From an uncultured Desulfobacteraceae bacterium (lineage in GTDB: Bacteria; Desulfobacterota; Desulfobacteria; Desulfobacterales; JALSRD01): a stretch of 64,000 bases of DNA. Of the stretch, positions 1 through 7,981 are shown in pieces (the first letter of the stretch is position 1; each line of letters begins with the position of its first letter). The stretch covers positions 1,102 through 65,101 of the forward strand of contig CAYUAQ010000005.1 of the NCBI GenBank assembly GCA_964442705.1. The letters run 5' to 3'. The translations under genes and the position numbers were made by a program. The notes under the pieces were generated by a model. The model saw nothing but the letters and a program-made list of their open reading frames with translations, was not told the DNA's origin and did no database searches.

Positions 1-91
1 CGATTGTTCTGTGCCGGCCGGATTTGGTTTATAGCGGCCGAAAGTTTTTGATCCCCTGTTTCAACCCATTATCGGAAGGAGGAGGACATCA

Positions 92-2002
92 ATGACCAAC
101 CCTTATGACATTGCCTTTAAACGTTCCATCGAAGACCCGGACGGCTTCTGGGCGGAGGCGGCGCAGAACTGCCACTGGTACAAGAAGTGGGACAAGGTTC
201 TGGACGACAGCAACAAGCCTTTTTACCGCTGGTTCACCGGCGGTGAGATCAACACCTGTTACAATGCCCTGGACTACCACATCGAACAGGGGCGTGGCGA
301 TCAGGCCGCCCTGATCTATGACAGTCCGGTGACCGACACCATCAAAACATACACCTATACCGAACTGCGGGATGAAGTGGCCCGATTCGCCGGGGTACTC
401 AAGGGACTCGGGGTTGAAAAAGGCGACCGCGTCCTGATTTACATGCCCATGATCCCCCAGGCGGCCATGGCCATGCTGGCCTGCGCCCGCATCGGTGCCG
501 TACACTCGGTGGTTTTCGGCGGGTTTGCGGCCAACGAACTGGCCACGCGCGTCAACGACGCCAAACCCAAGGTGATCGTTTCGGCCTCCTGCGGCATAGA
601 AGTCAAAAAGGTCATTGCCTACAAGCCGCTTCTGGATGAAGCCATCCAGATGTCGGATACCGACGCACGCCCCCAAAAGTGCGTCATTTTTCAGCGGCCC
701 ATGATCGAGGCCTCTCTGATAGAGGGCCGCGACCTGGACTGGGAATCGGCCATGGCGGATGCGCAGCCGGCCGACTGCGTGCCGGTGAAGGCCACCGACC
801 CGTTGTACATCCTGTACACCTCGGGCACCACCGGACAGCCCAAGGGCGTGGTTCGGGACAACGGCGGCCACGTGGTGGCCCTGAAGTGGAGCATGAAAGC
901 CATCTACAACGTGGACCCCGGTGACGTCTACTGGGCGGCTTCGGATGTGGGCTGGGTGGTCGGCCATTCCTACATCGTATACGGACCGCTTTTTCAGGGC
1001 TGCACCACCATTCTTTTCGAGGGCAAGCCCGTGGGTACGCCCGATGCCGGGGTGTTCTGGCGCGTCATCTCCCAGCACAAGGTCAACTGCCTGTTCACCG
1101 CGCCCACCGCTTTTCGGGCCATTAAACGCGAAGACCCCAACGGCGATCTGATCAAGGACTACGATCTGTCCTGTTTCCAGGCGCTGTTTCTGGCCGGAGA
1201 ACGGCTGGATCCCGACACCCTGAAATGGGCCCAGAGCAAACTGGGGGTACCGGTCATCGACCACTGGTGGCAGACCGAAACCGGATGGGCCATCTGCGCC
1301 AATTGCCTGGGGCTGCATCAGTTCCCGGTCAAGGAGGGATCTCCCACCAAACCGGCGCCCGGCTGGAATCTGTTCGTGGTAGACCCAGACAACAATCCCG
1401 TAAAAGCCGGTGAGATCGGCGCGCTGGTTGTCAAACTGCCGCTGCCACCGGGATCGTTGCCCACCCTCTGGAACAATGACGAACGTTACGTCGAATCCTA
1501 CCTCAAGGAGTTCCCGGGCTATTACAAGACCGCTGACGCCGGATACATCGATGAAGACGGCTATGTCTTCGTCATGGCCCGCACCGATGACATCATCAAC
1601 GTGGCCGGCCACCGTCTGTCCACCGGAGCCATGGAGGAAGTGCTGGCCGATCATCCGGATGTGGCCGAATGCGCCGTGCTGGGCGTGGAAGACAAACTCA
1701 AGGGACAGGTACCGGTGGGATTTCTGGTGCTCAACGCCGGTGTGACCCGCAGTCATGACGAGATCATCACCGAAGTCATACAGATGGTGCGCACCCGCAT
1801 CGGGCCGGTGGCCTCCTTCAAAACGGCCACCGTGGTCAAGCGACTGCCCAAAACCCGCTCCGGCAAAATCCTGCGGGGTACCATCCAGAAGATCGCGGAC
1901 AACAGGGAATTTAAAGTTCCGGCCACCATTGACGACCCCGCCACCCTCAGTGAAATGGAAGAGGCGCTGGAAAAAATCGGCTATGCCAAAGCCCGAAAGT
2001 AA
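92..2002 (+). CDS. prpE: Propionate--CoA ligase / AMP-forming short-chain acyl-CoA synthetase
   Basis: 636-aa ORF with ANL-superfamily motifs YTSGTTGQPKG, WWQTETG, DEDGY..ARTDD and PKTRSGKI. N-terminal FKRSIEDPDGFW and C-terminal IDDPATL resemble PrpE more than Acs (from memory of the E. coli proteins). GGAGGAGG Shine-Dalgarno at 78-85, 6 nt before ATG92. Confidence 0.88.
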   Translation: MTNPYDIAFKRSIEDPDGFWAEAAQNCHWYKKWDKVLDDSNKPFYRWFTGGEINTCYNALDYHIEQGRGDQAALIYDSPVTDTIKTYTYTELRDEVARFAGVLKGLGVEKGDRVLIYMPMIPQAAMAMLACARIGAVHSVVFGGFAANELATRVNDAKPKVIVSASCGIEVKKVIAYKPLLDEAIQMSDTDARPQKCVIFQRPMIEASLIEGRDLDWESAMADAQPADCVPVKATDPLYILYTSGTTGQPKGVVRDNGGHVVALKWSMKAIYNVDPGDVYWAASDVGWVVGHSYIVYGPLFQGCTTILFEGKPVGTPDAGVFWRVISQHKVNCLFTAPTAFRAIKREDPNGDLIKDYDLSCFQALFLAGERLDPDTLKWAQSKLGVPVIDHWWQTETGWAICANCLGLHQFPVKEGSPTKPAPGWNLFVVDPDNNPVKAGEIGALVVKLPLPPGSLPTLWNNDERYVESYLKEFPGYYKTADAGYIDEDGYVFVMARTDDIINVAGHRLSTGAMEEVLADHPDVAECAVLGVEDKLKGQVPVGFLVLNAGVTRSHDEIITEVIQMVRTRIGPVASFKTATVVKRLPKTRSGKILRGTIQKIADNREFKVPATIDDPATLSEMEEALEKIGYAKARK

Positions 2003-2040
2003 ATAGCCGCCGCAGTTGATGATCTGCAGCAAGAAAAAGC

Positions 2041-2073
2041 CGGCCCTCTGATATAAAGTGGGCCGTCTTTTTT
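2041..2073 (+). terminator. Putative rho-independent terminator after prpE
   Basis: CGGCCC (2041-2046) pairs with GGGCCG (2060-2065) across a 13-nt loop, followed by TCTTTTTT. The stem is short and the loop long. Confidence 0.45.
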
Positions 2074-2166
2074 GAGTTATTAAAATTTGTTACGGATAAA
2101 AACCTAAGATAACACAACATACTTCTGGTGACTTTCTGGTTTCACGTCGGCAACAGGATCTGTACA

Positions 2167-2553
2167 ATGCCAAAGAAGATATTGATCGTTGATGACGAAC
2201 CCAGCATTGTGGCGCCGCTTCAGTTTCTGATGGAAAGGAGCGGCTACGAGGTCATGGTGGCTACCAGTGGCGAAAAAGCGCTCGAGATGATCAACGAAAA
2301 TCGGCCGGATCTGGTATTGCTGGATGTCATGCTGCCCGGCCTCAGCGGATTCGATGTCTGTCGCATGATACGCGAAGACAGTGAACTTGCCGGCACTCGT
2401 ATCATTCTGGTCACGGCTCTGGGACGAAGGGTCAACGTCGCCAAGGGTATGGCGCTGGGGGCCGACGATTACATTGTCAAACCCTTTGCCAATCAGGAAC
2501 TGGTCGCCAAGGTGAAACAGCTGCTGGATCCCCTTCATGAGACTGAAAAATAA
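2167..2553 (+). CDS. Single-domain response regulator (CheY-like receiver, no output domain)
   Basis: Start taken at MPKKILIVDDEPS (ATG2167) inside track ORF 2128-2553. Receiver signature present: acidic DDE, phospho-acceptor D in LVLLDVMLPG, T in ILVTA, K in IVKPF. About 128 aa. Confidence 0.85.
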   Translation: MPKKILIVDDEPSIVAPLQFLMERSGYEVMVATSGEKALEMINENRPDLVLLDVMLPGLSGFDVCRMIREDSELAGTRIILVTALGRRVNVAKGMALGADDYIVKPFANQELVAKVKQLLDPLHETEK

Positions 2554-4696
2554 ATTCTGGCTGCTGCTGGTCATACCGACGCTTTTCATGATCGCCATCA
2601 TTGTGATCATGGCGGTATTGTTCTGGCAGCAGATGACACCGCAACAGCGGGTTCTCTTTCTGGGCATCACTAAAGAATATTTCATTTATTTTTTCGGCGG
2701 CGCCATCTTTCTGGTGGCTGGTATCGGACTGCTGATCGACGGCATCATCAACACCTATGTCATTCCGGTGGCCAAGGTGGCTGAAGAAACGTCGGTGATC
2801 TTTTCGGTTAACCCTGGCCATCGCATCGCCCCCATCGGGGGCAGGGATATCCACAAACTGATCCACGCCATCAACGAGGGGGCCCAGCGTTACGAGGACT
2901 TGAAAAGCTCCGTGGACGAGGCCATCCGGCAGGCCAAAAGGGAGGTGGAAGAGGAAAAAAATCTGTTGGCCGGGCTCATGGCCGAACTTCCCGAGGGCGT
3001 TATCGTCTGCAACCGGGAAGGAAATATTCTGCTTTACAACCGACGGGTGATCCGCCTGCTGGTGGAAGGGTGCACACATGCCGCCGAAGCCGATGTAGAG
3101 CCCTTCATCGGGCTGGGGCGTTCGATTTCCGATATTATCGATGAGCACCTCATCTCCCATGCCATCGATGAGATCCTTTACAAATTGAAGCAGAAAGTGT
3201 CTCCCGTGGTTTCTCATTTCGTAATCACCAGTTGTGAAGATGCCCTGCTGGATGTCGAGGCCGCCCCTATTGTCGATCGGCAGAGACGTTTTAACGGCTT
3301 CATCCTGCTGATCCGGGATATCACCGAGCAGCTGAAAACCGACAGTCAGGTGGCCGCGCTGCTGCAGTCGCTCATTCGATCCATGCGGGCTTCGCTGGCC
3401 AGTATTCGATCGGCCATCGAAGCCATCGTCGAATTTCCGGACATGAATGAACGGCAGCTGGAAAACTTCAAGCGCATTATCCATGAAGAAGCCGTATCGT
3501 TGAGTGCCATACTGGAGGAAAATGCCAACGAGTATGCCGAACATATCCGCTCCCGCTGGCCGCTGATTTCCATCCGGGCCACCGAACTGGCCGACGCATT
3601 GATCAGCAGGGCATACCAGAAGCTGGGGCTGAAGGTCGACGGCGACTTGGTCGAAGCCGAGTGCTGGATTAAGGTCGACAGCTACGCTTTCATCCTCAGC
3701 CTTCTCTATCTGCTGGACCGGCTGCAGGAGACCGTCAAGGCGAAAAAATACAGCCTCAGCATCCAGGTTGAGGATTGCCTGGCAGCCATCGATATCGCCT
3801 GGCAGGGCAAGACCATTGCCCAGCAGGAGCTAAAAAAGTGGTGCCGGAAGACCATTTGCGTCGGCAGGGAGGCCCTGGCCCTGACCATGGAGGAGCTGTT
3901 GTCCCATCACGAAGCCGAGATATGGAGCTGCCCACCGGAAAACGGAAGCCCGGGGGCGCACATCCGCATCGCCCTTCCGGCGGCCGACACCTGCCGACCG
4001 GATCAGATCGGCGGATTGACCATTTTGCCGGACAGCCGACCGGAGTTCTTCGACTTCGACCTGTTCCATCAGCCGGGCCAAACGCCGGACGTTGACAGTC
4101 AGCCGCTGGATCAGCTGTCCTATACGGTTTTCGACACAGAGACCACGGGTCTGGACCCCCGGGGAGGCGACGAGATCATCTCCATCGGTGCGGTGCGTAT
4201 TATCAATGGGCGCATATTGCGAAACGAACGTTTCGACCAGCTCATCGACCCGCGGCGGGCGCTGCCGCCGGAGTCCACCCGTATCCACGGCATCCGCCCC
4301 GACATGCTGGCGGGGCAGCCCCCTATTGAAGAGGTGCTGCCCCGGTTTCATCAATTCGCCCGGGACACGGTCCTGGTGGCCCACAATGCCGCTTTCGACA
4401 TGCAGATGCTCAAGATGAAGGAGGAATTGACGGGGGTCAAATTCATCAATCCGGTGCTGGACACCCTGCTGTTGTCCGCCGTGGTTCATCCCGCCCAGGA
4501 GGATCACAGTATGGAGGCCATGGCACAGCGCCTGGGGGTAAATATCGTCGGGCGGCACACCGCCATCGGGGATGCGCTTTCCACGGCGGAGCTTTTTCTG
4601 AAACTCATCCCCCTGCTTTTTCAGCAGGGCATTCGAACGCTGAAAGAAGCCCGTCTGGCCTCCCGAAAAACCTACTATGCGCGATTGAAATATTAG
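2537..4696 (+). CDS. Membrane-anchored sensor-like protein: 2 TM + HAMP/PAS-like region + degenerate HisKA/HATPase core + DEDDh (DnaQ/epsilon-like) 3'-5' exonuclease
   Basis: 719-aa ORF with N-terminal hydrophobic helices. DHp-like SLIRSMRASLASIRSAIE lacks the His. The ATPase boxes are degenerate. The C-terminal exonuclease motifs are intact: FDTETTGL, VAHNAAFD, HTAIGDA. The ATG overlaps the receiver gene by 17 nt. Confidence 0.85.
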   Translation: MRLKNKFWLLLVIPTLFMIAIIVIMAVLFWQQMTPQQRVLFLGITKEYFIYFFGGAIFLVAGIGLLIDGIINTYVIPVAKVAEETSVIFSVNPGHRIAPIGGRDIHKLIHAINEGAQRYEDLKSSVDEAIRQAKREVEEEKNLLAGLMAELPEGVIVCNREGNILLYNRRVIRLLVEGCTHAAEADVEPFIGLGRSISDIIDEHLISHAIDEILYKLKQKVSPVVSHFVITSCEDALLDVEAAPIVDRQRRFNGFILLIRDITEQLKTDSQVAALLQSLIRSMRASLASIRSAIEAIVEFPDMNERQLENFKRIIHEEAVSLSAILEENANEYAEHIRSRWPLISIRATELADALISRAYQKLGLKVDGDLVEAECWIKVDSYAFILSLLYLLDRLQETVKAKKYSLSIQVEDCLAAIDIAWQGKTIAQQELKKWCRKTICVGREALALTMEELLSHHEAEIWSCPPENGSPGAHIRIALPAADTCRPDQIGGLTILPDSRPEFFDFDLFHQPGQTPDVDSQPLDQLSYTVFDTETTGLDPRGGDEIISIGAVRIINGRILRNERFDQLIDPRRALPPESTRIHGIRPDMLAGQPPIEEVLPRFHQFARDTVLVAHNAAFDMQMLKMKEELTGVKFINPVLDTLLLSAVVHPAQEDHSMEAMAQRLGVNIVGRHTAIGDALSTAELFLKLIPLLFQQGIRTLKEARLASRKTYYARLKY

Positions 4697-4799
4697 CGAT
4701 GCAGTTATCGGCTACCGCTAAACGGCTGCCAATAAAAATAGGCTGAAAAGGCCGTCCCATTTTTTTGTTTCTTGGCGACCGCAATTCAAACGCGGTGCA

Positions 4800-7520
4800 C
4801 TAGGGTAGGGGAAGCGTAAAAGAGAAGGTGGCGCCCTGGCCGGGTCGGCTCTGCACCCAGATGCGTCCGCCGTGGTGCTCGATGATGCTTTTCACGATGG
4901 CCAGGCCCAGGCCCGACCCGGGAGGACGTCCCAGGCCGGAATGGCGGATCTGGCGGAACTTTTCAAAGATGATCTGCTGGTTTTCAGGCTGGATGCCGAT
5001 GCCGTTGTCCTGAACATCGATCCGCACCTCCCGTTCGGCTGCCGCCATGCGGATGCTAATCTGCCCCCCTGACTCGGGACAGAATTTCACGGCGTTTGAA
5101 ATCAGATTGACCATGACCTGGATCAAACGGTCACGATCACCTCTGACGGCCGGGGGCTTCGGTTTGATAGCGGTTTCCAGATGGATATTCTTCTCGCGGA
5201 TGAGCTGCCGGGTGGCATTGAGCGCATCGTTGATGACGTCACGCAGATCGACGTCGGTGGTCTGCCACTCCATCATCCCCGAATCCATTTTCTGAAAATC
5301 GAGCACCTGGGCAATCAATCGGGACAGGCGCTCGCTTTCCTTGAGTATGATGCCGGAAAAAGCGTTTTGTTTTTCGGGGGTCAGGTCCTCATTTTCATTG
5401 AGAATCTCTGCAATGGAACGAATCGAGGTGAGGGGAGTGCGCAGTTCATGGGTGACGGTGGAGATGAATTCGTCTTTGAGCCGATCGAGTTCCTGGAGCC
5501 GTTCATTGGCGGCGCGCAGCTCTATGGTCAGCTTCTCCAGCCGATGGCTGTAAGCAATCGCCTGGCGGGTTTCGTCCAGAATGTCCATCACTTCGTCTAT
5601 GCTGATGGGTTCCTCCTTGGCCACAGAGGACACCAGCACCCGGGCGGATGCCGACCCCACCGTGCCGGCCAGGAGCTGCTCCGAATAAGTGACAAAACCT
5701 GCGTCCGCGGGGATTTTATCGATGGTTCTGAACTGATGCTGGGCAGCATACTCGCGGAGCACTTCACGGGTACGTTTTTCACCCAGGAAGCGTGTGAGCA
5801 GTGCCCGCAGTTCACGGATGGAGGTTTCACCGCGCCACAGGGAGGTGCGGTCAACCGCCGGCGCTTCCCGGAAAATATCCACGAACAGGGCCGCCTGGGC
5901 ATGCTCCAAGGCCGAGGGACGGCTGAAGAGCGACCCCCCTACATACCCGGCCAGGTTGATCAGCAGGCTCCAGCAAATGGCATTGGCGATATGGTCCGTG
6001 GGCGTGATACCGATATCCAGGCCAAACAGTTGATGCGGCTTCAGCAGAGAAATCCCCCAAGGGCCTTCCAGCACGAACTGGCGTGACAAAAGACCGGCCT
6101 CGGCCAGAGACGGCAGGAAGAGGGTGTAAGCCCAGACGCCGAAACCGGCCAGCAGCCCCCACAGGGCTCCCGTACGTGTGCCCCGTTTCCAGAAGATGCC
6201 GCCGATGATGGCCGGTGCAAACTGGGCCACGGCCGTAAAAGACACCATGCCGATGGACACCAGGGTCAGAAACCTGGCGATGAAATGAAAGTACGCGTAC
6301 CCCATCAGCAGGATCAGCACGATACTGCCGCGACGGATGCTCAGCAGAAGACCGCTGAGTTCTTTCTGGCGCGAAAAAAAGGGATGCGGAATCCGCAGCA
6401 GTATGGGCATCACCAGGTCGTTGCAGATCATGGTGGACAGGGCCATGGTTTCAACGATGACCATGCCGGTGGCCGCCGACAGGCCGCCGATGAAAACGAA
6501 CAGCGCCAACCCTTCCTGCTGTGCCGACATGGGCAGCGTCAGCACAAACGTATCAGCGTCCACCGACCCGGGGGCAAAACGAAGCAGTCCGCCGAAGGTC
6601 ACCGGCAGAACGAAAATATTGATGGCCAGCAGGTAGAGCGGAAACAGCCAGATGGCCTTACCAAGGTGTTTTTCGTCGACGTTTTCCACCACCGTGACCT
6701 GGAACTGCCTGGGAAGCAGCACCACCGCCATCATGGAGACGAAGATATACATGTACCAACCGGAGTAGGCGGCGGCACTGGTATCCATGGACCACAGGCT
6801 GCGAAAGGCGGCCACCTCTCCTGCCCGGGCAAAGATATCATCGACCCCGTTGAATAATCCGAATGTCACAAAAACACCCACTGCCAGGAAGGCCAGCAGC
6901 TTGACGATGGACTCAAAGGCAATGGCGGCGACGATCCCCTCGTGCCGCTCGGTGGCCTCCAGGTTCCGGGTTCCGAAAAGAATGGCGAAAACGGCCAGCA
7001 GCATGGCCACGTAGAAAGCGGTGTCATGAAAAACCGGAATATCACTGAAGAGGTGGGCCGACCCGAAATGGGGATAATGCTTGATGAGCAGATAACTGGC
7101 CGATATGGCTTTTAGCTGCAGCGCGATGTAGGGGACTACACCGACGACCGCCATTATCGTGGCAATACCCCCCAGCACGGAACTCTTGCCGTAACGTGAG
7201 GCGATAAAATCGGCGATGGAGGTGATGCTGTGAGTTTTGCTGATGCGGATGATTTTGCGCAACACCATCCACCCCAGCGTCATCATGAGGGTAGGACCAA
7301 TATAGATGGGCAGAAAACCGACGCCGGTTTTAGCCGCACGCCCGACGCTGCCGTAGAAAGTCCAGGCGGTACAGTACACGGCCAGGGAGAGGGCATAGAT
7401 GTAAGGATTGCTGATGATACTGCGGCCGGATTCGGCAGCCTTGTCACCGTAAAAAGCGATGGCGAAAAGGATGCCGATATAACCGAACGAACACAGGAGG
7501 ATGGTTCCTGTCTGCAGCAT
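4800..7520 (-). CDS. Sensor histidine kinase with N-terminal Na+/solute symporter (SSS/SLC5)-like domain (CbrA/CrbS-type architecture, no receiver domain)
   Basis: 906-aa ORF. About 500 aa of polytopic SSS-like membrane domain, a linker, then a canonical HisKA (FISTVTHELRTPLTSIRS) and HATPase_c (NLISNAVKF, DNGIGI, GSGLGLAI). Confidence 0.9.
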   Translation of the reverse strand: MLQTGTILLCSFGYIGILFAIAFYGDKAAESGRSIISNPYIYALSLAVYCTAWTFYGSVGRAAKTGVGFLPIYIGPTLMMTLGWMVLRKIIRISKTHSITSIADFIASRYGKSSVLGGIATIMAVVGVVPYIALQLKAISASYLLIKHYPHFGSAHLFSDIPVFHDTAFYVAMLLAVFAILFGTRNLEATERHEGIVAAIAFESIVKLLAFLAVGVFVTFGLFNGVDDIFARAGEVAAFRSLWSMDTSAAAYSGWYMYIFVSMMAVVLLPRQFQVTVVENVDEKHLGKAIWLFPLYLLAINIFVLPVTFGGLLRFAPGSVDADTFVLTLPMSAQQEGLALFVFIGGLSAATGMVIVETMALSTMICNDLVMPILLRIPHPFFSRQKELSGLLLSIRRGSIVLILLMGYAYFHFIARFLTLVSIGMVSFTAVAQFAPAIIGGIFWKRGTRTGALWGLLAGFGVWAYTLFLPSLAEAGLLSRQFVLEGPWGISLLKPHQLFGLDIGITPTDHIANAICWSLLINLAGYVGGSLFSRPSALEHAQAALFVDIFREAPAVDRTSLWRGETSIRELRALLTRFLGEKRTREVLREYAAQHQFRTIDKIPADAGFVTYSEQLLAGTVGSASARVLVSSVAKEEPISIDEVMDILDETRQAIAYSHRLEKLTIELRAANERLQELDRLKDEFISTVTHELRTPLTSIRSIAEILNENEDLTPEKQNAFSGIILKESERLSRLIAQVLDFQKMDSGMMEWQTTDVDLRDVINDALNATRQLIREKNIHLETAIKPKPPAVRGDRDRLIQVMVNLISNAVKFCPESGGQISIRMAAAEREVRIDVQDNGIGIQPENQQIIFEKFRQIRHSGLGRPPGSGLGLAIVKSIIEHHGGRIWVQSRPGQGATFSFTLPLP

Positions 7521-7555
7521 GGAATTTCCCGTTAACTTTGTGCCTTATCCGGACT

Positions 7556-7753
7556 TCATGGACGTTCCTTGGTGATCCACGACGTCAGGAGAATGATAGA
7601 CAGCCAGGCGGCAAACAGGTAAACGTAAAAAAGGGGAATACCCATGAAGAGGGTATCCATATTGAACAGGGAAAGCAGTGGATAGTTGAACAGCACCAGC
7701 CCGATCAGAAATACGGCCACCAGGCGGCCATTTTTCAGCTTGTCTCTGGTCAT
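7556..7753 (-). CDS. Small two-TM membrane protein immediately upstream of the transporter-kinase (DUF3311/CbrX-like position)
   Basis: 65-aa ORF with two hydrophobic helices (VAVFLIGLVLFNYPLLSLF; LFYVYLFAAWLSIILL). It ends 35 nt before the kinase start on the same strand. Confidence 0.5.
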   Translation of the reverse strand: MTRDKLKNGRLVAVFLIGLVLFNYPLLSLFNMDTLFMGIPLFYVYLFAAWLSIILLTSWITKERP

Positions 7754-7981
7754 GATGAAGCCCCCCTTTCGTCTTTCGGCAGTCGCATGGTGCAGGTTGC
7801 CATCAGGCCGGATACCCGCTATTGTTTATATGGAAAATCAGGTGCCCTGTCAACGAGCGCCGGGGAACATCGCCAAACTACAGCGGCCGGGGGCGCTGTT
7901 TTTCCTTGGAAAGCACCGGAAACCGTGCTAACCAGATTCAATTCGGCATCACCAATGTAACCAGGGGCTCAGGAGGAGCGT

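Noticed and set aside
89-2032. 647-aa ORF on the minus strand, fully antisense to prpE
   Set aside because: This is a typical shadow ORF of GC-rich DNA. Its translation is low-complexity (Gly/Arg/Val/His-rich) with no motifs, while the plus-strand frame carries all the acyl-CoA synthetase motifs and a strong SD.
4723-4766. Possible terminator between the convergent exonuclease and kinase genes (ACGGC ... GCCGT followed by a T-run)
   Set aside because: The stem is only 5 bp and the loop about 24 nt, too weak to call by eye. Termination here may be Rho-dependent or may use a structure I cannot see.
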